From Laetmonice hystrix (taxonomy: Eukaryota), in contig OZ249442.1 of assembly GCA_965235115.1 (NCBI GenBank), positions 17,732,001 through 17,796,000 of the forward strand: a DNA stretch of 64,000 nucleotides. The letters are read 5' to 3'. Of the stretch, positions 39,480 through 53,044 are shown piece after piece. Numbering within the stretch: the first letter of the stretch is position 1; every line of letters begins with the position of its first letter. The position numbers and the translations under genes are program-made. The notes under the pieces were generated by a model. It was not told where the DNA came from. It saw only the letters and a list, made by a program, of their open reading frames with translations, and did not search any database.

Positions 39480-39910
39480 AAAGTGCTTAGCCAACACCAG
39501 ACCCCTCGTGCAACCATACAGCCCTTGCCTAACATCAAGGCTCTCACCAAACACCCGTGCTCTCGGCCAACTTCAAGGCCCTTATACTACACTCAGGCCA
39601 AACCAAGGCTCTCGCCCAACACCACTGCCCTCAACCGACACAAATGCCCTCACCTTACACCAAGGCCCTCACCCAACACCAATGCCCGTCTGACGGTCTC
39701 ACTTGGGCACCCATCACCGGGGTTCTCGCCCAACATCAACGCCCTCACCCACCACAAGGGCCCTCACACTACATCAAGGCCCTCACCCAACGCCAGGGTC
39801 CTCACCCTACACCAATGCCCTTACCCAACACCAATGCCCTTCTACTCTTGGGCATCCAACACCAGGACCCTCGCCAAACACTGAAACTATACTAAACAAA
39901 AGGCCCTCAT
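39480..39910. repeat. Degenerate about 20-bp C/A-rich tandem repeat
   Basis: Recurring caaggccctcacccaacacc / caatgccctcacc. Confidence 0.7.
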
Positions 39911-41503
39911 CCTGCATCAAGACCCTTGCTCTTGAGATCGAGGCCCTCAGCCAACCCCACCGTTGGGAGCGGACACAAGCGCAGCCACTGCGACCATCTG
40001 GCTCCATAATCCCTCGATGACAAGGCTGACTGATAAACGGGTTATGTGTGGGCAGCGTGTCCAGCATGGCCGCCGCCTGTCTGCGATTAGGGCAGCCCCG
40101 CCAGCGCCGCTATAACAGGCCCCGGTGGATGGCCCCCCTAATCCACCCTGATGCCAACTTGGAGGGCCGCTGGTTTGTAAGCTCCACTTTATGGCCTACC
40201 GTACCATCAGTCCCCGGTAATGTCCAGTGTCCACTGCCCGCCGGACACTGCCCAGTGGTCAGTCCCCTCCTGGCCGGAGGGGTCAGCCCGAGATCATCAA
40301 GATGAATATTTGCGAGGGTTTTGTCCAAGCACGACAGGTCAGCAATGCTTGAGTTTACCTGACTTCACCCGCATAAAGGCCCTTCGATGATAATTCCGTA
40401 ATTGTCAATCACTCTCATCTGCGACTGACATCGAGAAACATCTTTTGAAATCGGCTGACCCCTCCAATGTGGGATGCTAATGAGGGGGTCTGTGGGGCCT
40501 TGCGGGGAGAAAGGCTCCAACGATAAGGGTCGGTAGTCCAGGCCCCGCGGCGATCCCCCATTCACGGGCGGCCGAGATGAGCCATCATATATTAAAATTG
40601 TGTCGGGGCACGTATCATTTACGACATCTCTGGATGATATATAATGGTGGCGGACAATGGCGCGAGTCGCGGGATGTTTTTAAGGGTCAGTGGGACATGA
40701 AAGAGAGCAGAATCATGCCGGAATTGCGGGTCAGGGCCCACCTACAGAGAGTTCTTACTACTGATGATCGTCGCTCCGTCTAAAGCTGCTGCGGTCAACT
40801 GACCGGTATGAGGCGGGGGCGGAGGACTCCGGACTGTCCGGCAGTCAAGTCCCAACACACACGCCCGGCTACTCAGACATCATTCATATTAATCCTTTAC
40901 TTTTGGTCTGTGATCGCTTGAGTGGAGTCTACAGTTGGCCTGTTAACATTTATCATCTTATCATGATGGAAGCGACGTGGACATTCAACCAACAAAAGCC
41001 GTAACATCCCACACATAGATTAATCACCTCCCAAATACCGCATCACGACCAATACACAAAGCCTTTCTTATACTTAAAACCTGACCAACATTTTGACTTC
41101 TTTAGATGACAACGGCAAGGCCCACACAACAAAGGAAAGCTATAAATTATCTTCTATACGTCAACCCTATCTCAAAATTAGCTTCAAGAGAAGAAAACTT
41201 AATGGCATCTTTCGATAAATACCTTGCAAGAAAAAAGGGTAAAACATCCATTTTACGAGGGGTAGGGCAAAAGCCCTTTGAAGTATAGCATATCATAACT
41301 GGCCAACATACATCACGCCCATAAGGAACCTTTATAAAGGACACCTCTGATTTCTATGTTATCGGACTAATCTGTCACTCTGGCATTTTTTCCTATCTCT
41401 CTACAGACAAATCAAAGAGAATTACGCCATTTAAGTTTCAAACTATGTCTAACAGTGATTTATCCGTGCAGACCAAATCCCCCCCCCCCCCCCAACCGTT
41501 CAA

Positions 41504-41606
41504 AATGTTACCGGGCTTTCGTTAACGGACCACTTTGTCAAGGTAAGGGTAGTCAATGTTACCGGGTTTTCGTTAACGGACCACTTTGTCAAGGTAAGGG
41601 TAGTCA
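41504..41606. repeat. 51-bp tandem duplication
   Basis: aatgttaccggg(c/t)tttcgttaacggaccactttgtcaaggtaagggtagtc at 41504 and 41555. Confidence 0.93.
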
Positions 41607-44025
41607 CACATACAGATTTTGACACAGACAGACACTGGAAGATCATCGTCGGAGTTGAGGTGGGGGGCAAGACCATCTCCGTTATACTCACTTTGTGATA
41701 GACCGGAAAATATTACTACGGTCGGGGGGGGGGGGCAAATTAGATGCCCTGACTGGGGGATGGGGGGGGGGGTTGTGAGGCACCCTCCGGTTCCTGTGGA
41801 CCACAGTAACAGAGATACTCGCCTCCCCCTGGCACCTTCACCAGAGTGTAGTATCGGTAATGGCCGCCAGGTAGCGCGCCGCCGGACCCCGTGCTGACTG
41901 TGCTGTCCGTTATATCCTGTCCACTCTTACTTTCCTTCATTACAAGTACATCAAATCACCCAGAGGTCCCGAAAACTAAGGGACCTCATCAGTCACACGA
42001 CTGTCATGGCAACCTGTACCCAGTCAGGTAAACCCGGCATCGAGTAGCAGTGGTAACAAAGAAACAGTGGCCAGTTTGGTGTCCAATAGTCGCTAGTTAG
42101 GCCATTAGGAGGTTACTGGCTCCGATATGATGAACCACTTGGAATGAGGCAAGGTGTTCGACAGCGCGTGGCCGCTGGCTTGACAAAGAGGGAGTCCTCC
42201 ACGGGGGTGTTCCTAAACCCCCGAGGGCGACAGGAACATACGGACACACAGACTGTGAGCTAAACAATGCTCACACACAGAGCGGTTTCTGCAGCAGTCT
42301 AAAATAGGTCCGACTCATCTTCCTACAGGAAAGAGGTTGAAAAGTTATTTCGTCAAAGAGACCGAAACTTTTAACAAAATGTTAATCGGTAACTTTCACA
42401 AAATCTATATCTTGTCGACTCAGAATGGTTCCAAATCTAACCTTGCTACAACTGCTATGATTATAAAATACCATATTGTGATTGTAGGGATAAAATAGCT
42501 TACAGTGTCTTTTTCAATCACAATTATTTAGCTGTACTCGAGTCTTTAAGCACTCAAAGAGCTGCCTTTACGTCAGTAATTTGTTCATTGTCGTGACAGT
42601 TGGAAGATAAACTATCCTTGTCGAAGAAAAAAGGGAACAAATTAGCAGTCTGTACCCTGTCTGAAGTGTCTGGCCCGAAGAGGAACAAGATACAACTTAA
42701 CCCAACTCCTTTCCCAGTAGCAGAAATTCTGCTTGTCCATCTGGCGTTTGTAAAACCGTTCTCTAATTGCTGCTATTACTGCACTTTGTCGGAGGACTTT
42801 TTGGCCAAGATTCTGACCGCAGTGTCATTTTGCCGATGGCAAATGTAAGTGCACCGTCTGAAAACAATGATTCACCCAGGAGACTACGGGCCGCCTGCTA
42901 CTCGAGGTCTTGGCCGTACCCAATAAAACATACATTTTCAAGCTCAGCATTATTTCTTCAAAGCATGCAATACCCGCGGTCATTCCATACTAACTAAAGT
43001 GATAAATCTATAGCCGACACCGACTTGGCATGGTCAAGGAGTCCCTGGCACCAAAGGCAGAACCGCTCACAATCCTGGGGAGGGCGGCTCAACATAATTA
43101 CATGATGGTACACAATCAAATGCCTTACTTTATGAGACAGCAAACAATGCACATTGAAGATATAAAAAGTCCAGCGTCTGTACTGCGGGGCTGAAGACAG
43201 TCTCCGGCCACACGAAGGTCCCTCAAACAAAAGATGCCCACATATTTTGCAAGTGACCTGGCGGACTAATTTGGTAAAAACTGACATTTATGTTGACTTG
43301 ATTTACGCGTCTTCCCTATTACATTATACCCGGGCAACATCAATGAATGCCTTTTGGAATGAGATGGAAATTTTCATGACATGTCAAAACCGATAAAACT
43401 GGACAGGAGAAAGGCAAATGGTTCGTTTTATGATCTTTTGATGTGGATCAAACTTAGTGGGGGATCAGACCTGTGATTTATGTCCCAGTCTACCTTAAAA
43501 TTAATCTGCGCTGAGATCCCCTCAAACTGGTGCAGCATGGCGTCAATAAAGAGGGAGCAGTTGACTGGACAGTGGTCACTCACTCACTCCCCCCCACCTC
43601 TCACTTTGTGTAGCTGGCGGGCGGGTCGCGTGGAATAACCCCTGGGGTCATATCGGTACTTGAGAACAGGTACCGGACAATAGCTTCTCAACGCCCTGAA
43701 GGGGACCGTGCAGCATTTTCTGTTCCGTTAAATTTACCATGTACATTCAGCTGAACTAAATAGTAACGGTAGAACAAAACTACGGAAAATCTTTCAGGCT
43801 TCTTCAATAGTTGATAATCAATATTACGACCCACTGAAAACGACTTATTAAAATATAAATGTCTAATGGGTAAGGTTAATCATTGTGAAATTAAAAGGTA
43901 ACGCACACAACAACTGGTGAATAGATCTGACCCAAAGTGATGAACTCACCTATGCACCACTGTCCCTCTCTCTCTCACAATAATCACCTCACTTGAGCAC
44001 CACTCTCCCTCTCTCTTACAATTAT

Positions 44026-44563
44026 CACCTGTGCACCACTCTCTCCCACAAGTACCGGCTCACCTGTGCACCACTCTCTCCCACAAGTAACGGCTCACCT
44101 GTGCACCACTCTCTCCCACAAGTACCGGCTCACCTGTGCACCACTCTCTCCCACAAGTAACGGCTCACCTGTGCACCACTCTCTCCCACAAGTAACGGCT
44201 CACCTGTGCACCACTCTCTCCCACAAGTACCGGCTCACCTGTGCACCACTCTCTCTCACAAGTACCGGCTCACCTGTGCACCACTCTCTCCCACAAGTAA
44301 CGGCTCACCTGTGCACCACTCTCTCCCACAAGTAACGGCTCACCTGTGCACCACTCTCTCCCACAAGTACCGGCTCACCTGTGCACCACTCTCTCCCACA
44401 AGTACCGGCTCACCTGTGCACCACTCTCTCCCACAAGTAAAGGCTCACCTGTGCACCACTCTCTCCCACAAGTACCGGCTCACCTGTGCACCACTCTCTC
44501 TCACAAGTACCGGCTCACCTGTGCACCACTCTCTCCCACAAGTAACGGCTCACCTGTGCACCA
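44026..44563. repeat. 35-bp minisatellite, 16 copies
   Basis: Unit cacctgtgcaccactctctcccacaagta(c/a)cggct; starts at 44026+35n up to 44551. Confidence 0.97.
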
Positions 44564-44623
44564 TCTATTCCGCAGTAAATGACCCCATCCGTTCAGCGTT
44601 CCCTTCAAAACTCTTGGACTCAC
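44554..44623 (-). other. Candidate orphan 70-nt exon abutting the 35-bp array
   Basis: Acceptor gttttctccttatacAG, donor CAG|GTGAGC; phase-0 frame reads VSPRVLKGTLNGWGHLLRNRWCT; no homologue recognised. Confidence 0.25.
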
Positions 44624-47600
44624 CTGTATAAGGAGAAAACATACGAACTAAAAACCTATAAAAGCAATTTGTGAAAACGTTATTATTAGTTTGTACAGTT
44701 AAAAGCTAAATGTAGTCGAGGTTCCAGGAAACTTACAACACTCTAGCAAACTACTACTGGCTTTTTCCATCAGATTTGTTGTAAAAGTTCACCACACGTA
44801 CATATAAGTCCATATAATACTTTCCAATGAGAAAATCCATTCTTTGCTAAATTACAAATCTATGGCTGATTGCACACGTACACAAAACTCTAACGGTGCA
44901 GGGGCCGGAACGACGGATTAAAACCGCCACCTGGCAATTTCTACTGATCTGTTCCAAAAAGCAGGGTGTAATTCCCCTAAAGTGTGGGTTTCTTCCTCGA
45001 CCTCTCCTCCGGCTTCACCAATGTCTTAGCTCTGGCAAGATCATTTTCTTGTACTTTTTGTATGACACGCCTCATTACGAGCACAATGACGTACATCTGT
45101 TTGGATAATCTCCCGCGGTTTGGTGAAGTGATTTCTATACTGTAGGTGTAGGATGAAGAAGGTTGGCTGTAGACTCCCAGCAATGGATCATCATTATCAT
45201 GTCGAAGAAACTGGTGCATGAAATGGAGGTGTACGTGCGAGTGGTGAATGAGGGACTCTGGGAGTGGGTCAGCCACGAGTACACGGTGTCAGGGCCTGGG
45301 TCACCAACTCAACTCAGCCAGGAAACATTTAAAACGAGAGGTCAAGGCTATCTGACGCTCAGATTATTTCTACTCTCTTAACCTTCAATATGAGACGAGT
45401 CAAGGTTAAGAAGAAGAAAGAAAGAAAGAAAGAAAAAGTAAATCGTAGCCGTTATGTACTTTCATGACCCAAAACTTGTGAAAATAATAAATATTGGGGC
45501 AAAGATTGAGAGACTTGTTGGGTTGTACTGATGGATAAAGTTTTCATATCTCTTTATATGCAGATAGATCCGATAACAAGGAAGGGCCAGGCCGGGGGGG
45601 GGGGCAGTCTGTTTGCTTAGTTAGACCCTTTACAGGCAATAGACGCTGGGCAGGTTTTCTTGGGCCTAGTAATTTAATAATTTAACAATATGATATCCAC
45701 TTTATACCTAGGATAAAAGAGTACGGTTATGTTAAGTGTCCCCCAGTTCTTTCAACCTTTCTTCTCACCCAACAAGTTTGCTAAGCTTGCTAAATGGACA
45801 CAATTGGGGGACAAAAAAATACCTCAAACTCATCCTGCGTTCTGGTTACTTGACAATACACCTGAACGGTGTTAAACAAGTCAAACAATGCCTCTGTCCT
45901 TTCTTAACACTCTATCATGCTTACAGTGTGTGAAATTGATACAATTTGAGCCATATTCAGCCGCCTGACCGCCCGACTGCCAACCCGTACACTGTTATAG
46001 TCGGGGGAAATTGATCATCAGGTCCGTCTGCTATGTCACACTCGATCATGTCGGTGCGGTCACACCTGCATCAAGTCCGTCTCCACACCGTCTCCATCCA
46101 TTACTTGATCCAAACCGATGACACCCCACCAGGTCCATTGTCTACCCCCATCACCTACCCCCACCCGCACCCCCTCACCCCACCAGGCCCATTGTACACC
46201 CCCACCCACCCTATACCCCGTCACTGGACTCGGGTCACAACCTTTAATTTATGACGACCGATCCGCCCTCGTTCAGCCGTATCACGGATATATCATAAAC
46301 ACTCGGCAAGCCTAGCAGAATAACGTTTATAATCTCAAGACAAATCTCAGCCCGCCACTCTATGACTGCCTCTCTTGTTGTTTACAACTACCGTTATCAG
46401 ATCCACACTCACAATATCCCAAAATGATCTCAATGATGAAAGATGTATGGTCGAGGAACCGTATTATTTTATTCTATTTTTTAAACTTTTTGTTACCAAA
46501 AACTACCGAATTGACAATCTCCTGACTCCAGTTATTGTGAGGCTGACTGAGAGTTAAAGGGGAGGGTTTTTATGAGCGTTTCGGTGACAAATCCACTGAA
46601 GTCGATCCATATCTGGTGGGCCGCAGTTGGCTATTTCATCCGCTGTGGCCGTGGCTGTATATCACAACGTCCGGGTCTCGTGCCATTATCTATGCATCTC
46701 TGTCCTGATCTGTCACCCTTCCTGCAGGCAGTCCGACCACCTGCTACCAACCCCTCAACCTACTCCTCCCTTACCAACCTGGCATTTTCCTCATCTCCTT
46801 AATAAAATCAAACCTCTTCTATATAAGGCGAGAAAATTGTTCCCGTGAAATGCTCGTCTCCACAGACGTAGCCTACAATGAGAATGTGCTGTGAATGTCA
46901 ATCAGTTGCGTTCAGATACGTACGACAACACCAACAGTTATTTCTGCCATTCTCCTTTATTTCTGCCATTCTCCTCTCATCTCCAAAGACTGCTGCCAAA
47001 ATTCCCAGATCAGTGCTCCACCAACGACACCTGGTGACGGCAACTATAATCAGCGCCCGACCGACCTTTATATGTTGGCAGGTGGCCAAATGAGGCTTTT
47101 CTTAATAACAGGTCGACGGGAGACTTCAATCCGTCATTATTAAATGACGATCAAGTGTAATAAGGGGTCTGGCTATTATATTTCAGTTATATCCATCACG
47201 CATTACCATTTGAACAGCCACCATTCTCTAGTCAGATCCTGTATAGCGATTACAAAGCATACAAAGTTAACTGCATGAAATATTAAACCTAGGACACTTT
47301 ATATACCTCATGAATTAAACTTTTTCCCCCACGATTTGAATTCATTCCAGCAGGGCAGGCTGTATCAACAGAATGTGAAAGATAACAAAACAAAATGAAC
47401 TGTGCATCTTCACCGTGCACGCCTCCATAAATAACAACAGATCTACCTGTCCAGGTAGACTTCAAAGCCGGGGTCGAGGTGCGATAATGATCAGACATAT
47501 CGGCCAACAAACTCAAAAGCGTCGCATACTGGCAGAGGTCTGTCAGCGATGAGGAATGTCTGATCATAATACTCGCAAGCGTTTCTCTCGGCGTCCCACT

Positions 47601-49993
47601 TGAAGACAGGCAGATGTCAGTGGGATGTGACAAGTGGGAAATTTAATACATCCCGACGCATGAATACCTCGACGGTCCGCTATGACCTGCTGCCACAGGA
47701 CGGATGACAGTTTTCTACCAACATGACATGTACGCCATCTCGGGAGTCGGCACCACAAAACGATGTTTAAAAAGTGGCCGCTTTATTACAGGGGTCCTGT
47801 GCCTGTGTGGTCACCCTCAACGTGACTTTTACAAAGGGCCGGCCTCGCCCCTTGGGGGCCGGGGGGAGGGGGTCGGTCGCCGGTGCAACCCCGGAACATA
47901 CATACATCAGGAGGTGGGGGGTAATAAAGATGATGAATACCCTGTGCATTATTCACCATCGGAGACGGCTAGATTCTCCAACAAGGGCGAGTTCGTCAGG
48001 ACCCATAACTATGTATGAGTGCAGGGGGCGGGTCAGTAAGGGCTGCCTCAAAACACAAGCTTGTTCATGGTGTTTATATCAATTAGACATGTGGGGACAC
48101 TCCGACAAACACAGGGATATCGTTTTTGTTCTCTATCTCTGGGTGAACCTGGGTGGCTTAGGCAGAAATATGTTCCACATCTAACACTGACAGCTGAGGC
48201 TAATGACCCGTCTCTGAAATCTGAGTACCTGGGGTCCTAGACATGAACGGCCTTCTGGGAGTTGTATAGAAGGCCACCTGGTGACAGGGGGTTGAGTTAT
48301 GACGAGCGCAGGTAACAATCGGACGGTAGCCAGGAGCCCGTGATGTGTGCCCACTGTGGGCCCTGCCCCCAGGGTGTGTGCATAACTTTGGAGTGTCTCT
48401 CTCAACTCCCGTGGAGCGACGGACTCTTCGGGACGGAGGGGTGGTTGCTCCCTCCCCCACCCCCCACCCCCCCTACACGGGGGCATCAACCGGCACCCTA
48501 GGCGTGTGGGGCGTGGACTGTGCCCTGATGACACATCTCTGGCCATCATCGCCATCATCGCCATCATCATCATCATCATCTTACCCCGCACACTAGTTCC
48601 CGGCCACCATGGAACGCCACCTGTCGGGCTCACAGCGAACTAAACATTCTGACACACCTGCAGGACTGATACTTACCTCAAACCTGCCATTCACACCACC
48701 TCCACCCCCACCATACCCCCACACCTTCCACAACCCAACAATTACAAATACTCCAGTAATCCCTAACAGTCCGAACCCCCTCACAGGTATAACAATCCAA
48801 ACCGACCAGCGCGCCCTCTAGACACACGGTTTCGCAGGGCTAAACAATCACAGAGACACCTTCTAATTTGTTTGCAGCGCCACCTTCAATGGTGTCAAGC
48901 GAACGCCGTGTTGGGGTGTTTATATTGAACGTCCTGCCGCGCGCCTCACCCCCACCTTACGACCAAACAAACCCGCTGGCACCACCCCCCTACAGTATAT
49001 ACCCAGGGGCTAAGAGGTTACAAAAGCCCACCGCCAGGCCCACAATTATCTCACTTCCGATACCTTTTCACTGCTCAGCGATACCAAATTACCACCCGAT
49101 AACGCCTGGGCTCTAACCGAGGCCCACCGCCGGCCAATTTTAAAAATTCAAATCAGCCATAGTAAATCCCTGATTCATCTGTCTGTTTGAATTTTGCGGG
49201 GTATTCTTACTGTGCATTACCGGCAGGAAAGCAGAGATAGAGTGCGCGTTCCAATGTATCATTTATTGTTAGACGTAGAGGGGGGTCCTTTTAGAAGTTT
49301 GTCCAAAGGTTGAGCGACAAGTCACAGCCGTAGGGTATGTAGAAACATGCTTCAGTTGAAATAATCTAAACACAATGACGACATCATTTAGACAAATTGG
49401 CGGACAGGACCCGGTTCAGGTGTGGAATAGAAAACCAGTGACGTTTTAAATTCCAAGGCGAACGCTGGAATGATTGCAGTAGCTATTTTCCGTACATTTC
49501 GTGTTTACTTGGCTCAATTAGGACCTAGTTCACTGAACAACGTTGTCTTTTACGGCAAGTTGTATGTAATCAGGCACCTGGCGAGAAATATTACGTTATA
49601 TGGCACTTTACCAAGAAATATGCCAACATATTGAAAGGTTGTTAGTGATATGTGCCAGCCCCTTAATATAAATCACTGAGAGTTTTGAGTTGCGAAGGTG
49701 CGCGCTCTTCGGTCATGCCGCATGTCTAGAAGTGTTATCGTGATATTCTGTCATTATGATCTATTGAATGCGAGAAAAACCTGAGATATACCGAGATACC
49801 GTGTACTGGACTCCAGTGTAAGATACTCGTCGAGAATCAGATTGTACTGGTTAAAAATGCTGTATGTTTATCTATAATTTAGTTATCTAGTCATCCTAAA
49901 GTAAATACGGACCCCCGATACAAATGAGTCTGAAATAAAGTTACTATACTATACTATATATATCAGTAATAACATGGACCAGTAGGTTAAGGG

Positions 49994-50205
49994 NNNNNNN
50001 NNNNNNNNNNNNNNNNNNNNNNNNNNNNNNNNNNNNNNNNNNNNNNNNNNNNNNNNNNNNNNNNNNNNNNNNNNNNNNNNNNNNNNNNNNNNNNNNNNNN
50101 NNNNNNNNNNNNNNNNNNNNNNNNNNNNNNNNNNNNNNNNNNNNNNNNNNNNNNNNNNNNNNNNNNNNNNNNNNNNNNNNNNNNNNNNNNNNNNNNNNNN
50201 NNNNN
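49994..50205. other. Assembly gap (212 N)
   Basis: Run of N. Confidence 0.99.
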
Positions 50206-50439
50206 GAGCGACATGCATCAAGTGGGGGGGGGGGGCAGCAATCTTTACAGAAAGCATCCCACCATTATAAAACAACTTTTAAACAATCATCAGCGCAACA
50301 TCTATTCGGGAAATTATCAGTAGGATCCTTTTTTGTTATTATAAATTGCTAATCCAAATGAGTGTAGAGCGGGGAGGTGATTGCAGGAACTGAGCCAGCT
50401 TTCCCATATCTCTCGGTCTCATTGTTAATTGTCTGTAAT

Positions 50440-52120
50440 AATATTTAGTTTTTGTTCGTCATACACAATGTTGTTGGCATGGCGATGCAATAAAGGCCAC
50501 GGCAAAAATGGCCTTAATGAGAATGTTGATTGATCTCCCAAATAATCAAGTGTAATTAATTATTTGATTAATATCCCAATTTTGACTGTTGGCATTATTA
50601 CAAAAATGCTGGAATGTATAATTCAATTTATTAACTGGATATGAAGGTAAATTATTTATTCACTTTTTATATGAGCTGCCGTCATGTGTGATGGTAGAGA
50701 TGCCAGTCAAGACAAACAAGCCTTCCGCAACCAGCCAACGCCCTCAGTGGTGGAGACTAATTATGTAATATTAAAGTGCAGGCGGCAGTACGATGACTGA
50801 TGTCCACGGGTTAACCTTTCCATTTTAACCGTCCGTATAGGCTGACCTCTATATCTCCAGAATATAGGAGTCAGCCAAGCATGGGCCGGCTCGTCATGAG
50901 ATCCGCTCACAGTTAATTATATTACTCGGTAATTACAGAGATTAGACTCGTTCTGTGAGGGGAGGGGGCGGGCGTGGCTGTGAACCGCGGCTTAATATAG
51001 ATAAAAAAATACGTCGGGAATAACAAAGGACCATTTTACACGGAGTGTATCAGGAAGGTATCAGCATCCAAGCAAACACTGAGGCCAACATCTAAACTCC
51101 CTGCCTACTGACAGGTGACAAGTTGTCAATCTCTTTGTCAGAAAGCATGTGGAGGGCTGACTGAAATAATACCTGTTTAAAGCTATCCAAACAGCCACCT
51201 CTGGCCAAAGTACATGACCAGACAATATGATCCGTTCTCACAGGTTCGACATGTATATGGCCTTTGTCTTCAAACCTTCCTTGCGTTCAACTTCAGTACT
51301 TCAAATTAAGTCAAAAATAGGTGAAAGAGCCGGTCTCTAAAACTGTAAATTTTGGAGAATCTATTTTTATCAGGACAGTATAAGCATAAATCATGGGCAG
51401 ACTTTAAAATACGCTCCTATGCACGCTGACTTCATACGTTCCTGCATAAATCAATTGGTTTACAAAGACGCTTCATCAGGTGTCTCGCCTTTGACATGAC
51501 CATCGTTAAAACCAACTTTACCACTGGCTGTGGGTTAATTGGGAATCGATGGTGCGAGTCGTTTCCACCTGGGCTCTCAACAGCAGTCCTCATGTAGTAC
51601 TCATGACTACTTGAAACAGGCAATACAAAAACTGAACAACTTCACCACAAATCATAGCTGGCTGCAAGCAAAACGTCACAAACGTCCATCCGACTGTGGC
51701 GTCACTGGAAACCTTTGATGTCAGCGTTCATATCCACCAAGATAAATCATCTCAATAATGGTGGCCGATGTTTGCAATAAATCATCACGGAGTCGTGGCT
51801 GGGCTTGCACTGAGAGAAGGTGGTGACGTTTATAAAGAGTGGGCTGTGGGGCGAACTTATGATGAATGACAGATAATTGTCAGTGGTCTCTTCATTCCGG
51901 CGAGCATGCGGCCACCACCATGGCCGTCTCATGCGTGATGTATCATGATATCAGTGACCTCGTCACAGCATCACAACTCGTATTGATGATGAGCTCAGCG
52001 GTTTGTCACATAAAGATGTGCTCCTCTCGGTTTGTCAAAACTTGCAGCGCTCAAATCCATAAAACACGTACGACTTTCGGCTCAACGTTTTAAATGTCCC
52101 GCCAAGTTTAAATCATCACT
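50440..52120. promoter_or_regulatory. Candidate enhancer-rich block (homeodomain, Pbx-Hox, TCF motifs)
   Basis: Dense TAATTA/TAATTAAT, TGATTGAT at about 50527, ATAAATCA at 51386, 51446, 51742 and 51777, CCTTTGATG at about 51712; no credible ORF. Confidence 0.45.
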
Positions 52121-52448
52121 CCATCATCATAGCGGAGGATGTGTCTCCGTGAAACTGTCTTCCTTTCGGCTATGGCCAAAAACAATGGTCACATGATCGA
52201 CATGGCACACCCTAGGCCATCAGGCTAGGTGGAGATCTGAGAACGAAACAGTCGAACGAGAGGCAAAACATGTACGACTCGATCAAAACATTTTGATCGA
52301 CTCGTGCATCCTCCCACGACTAAAAGTAAGCCGGCGCGGAGGTCAGATCCACTGTGGCTGAAGTCGTACCAGTCGAGCGAGCAGCCGTCGACCAGTCGTA
52401 CGACTCCAAAATCGGCCGCTGGAGGCCTTTGCGGATCATGACCTTAAA

Positions 52449-52993
52449 AAGCTAGGCTCACATTATACAACAATCGTTGTAAGTTGGACGTACATCCAAC
52501 TTACAACTCCTCCCGACTGTTTGGTTGTATAGTGTGAGCGAGCTAAAGACCCGATTCCTGTCGTAAGTTGCAGGTTGTACCGGATTCTAAAAATGAATCG
52601 GGCCCAACAAGGGTCGGCCAGTGTGAGCTGGCTAAAGACGCGACTCGACTGCCGTTGTGCGGTGTGAGCAGTTTTCACAACTCAACTAAACTGTCGTGAG
52701 AGAGCGGACCAATCAGAGCACGGCATTCATGTCACATGATTTCTGGCCCGGAAACGAGGCAGAGTTGACAGATCAAGCTAGACAGTAGGGGGCGCGCGGG
52801 CGTTGCAGTTCACACTTTAAACACCAGGGACGCAGTTGTATCAGTCGTAGGTAGTCGTGTAATGTGAGCGCACGCGTCGGAAGAAATCGGCAAGTGTGCG
52901 TCAGGTAGTCGTAAGTCGGTAGTCGGCTGAAATGACAACGCAACTGTGGAGTTGGACAGAGTCGTGGACTGTTGTATAGTGTGAGCCCAGCTT
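52449..52993. mobile_element. Non-autonomous PIF/Harbinger-like TIR element, about 545 bp
   Basis: TIRs aagctaggctcacattatacaac / gttgtatagtgtgagcccagctt (21/23 match); internal copies of the terminal motif gtgtgagc; TAA-like flank. Confidence 0.8.
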
Positions 52994-53044
52994 AACGTTT
53001 CTGACTGCTGATCTGCTACGAGCAGCTAATCAGAAGAGTTAAGC

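Noticed and set aside
1153-44563. Tandem arrays as CRISPR arrays
   Set aside because: Units abut directly with no unique spacers, there are no cas genes, and the context is eukaryotic.
48541-48580. (CAT)n tract as a poly-His exon of a transcription factor
   Set aside because: The His frame has stops at 48526-48531 and no acceptor AG precedes it; simple microsatellite.
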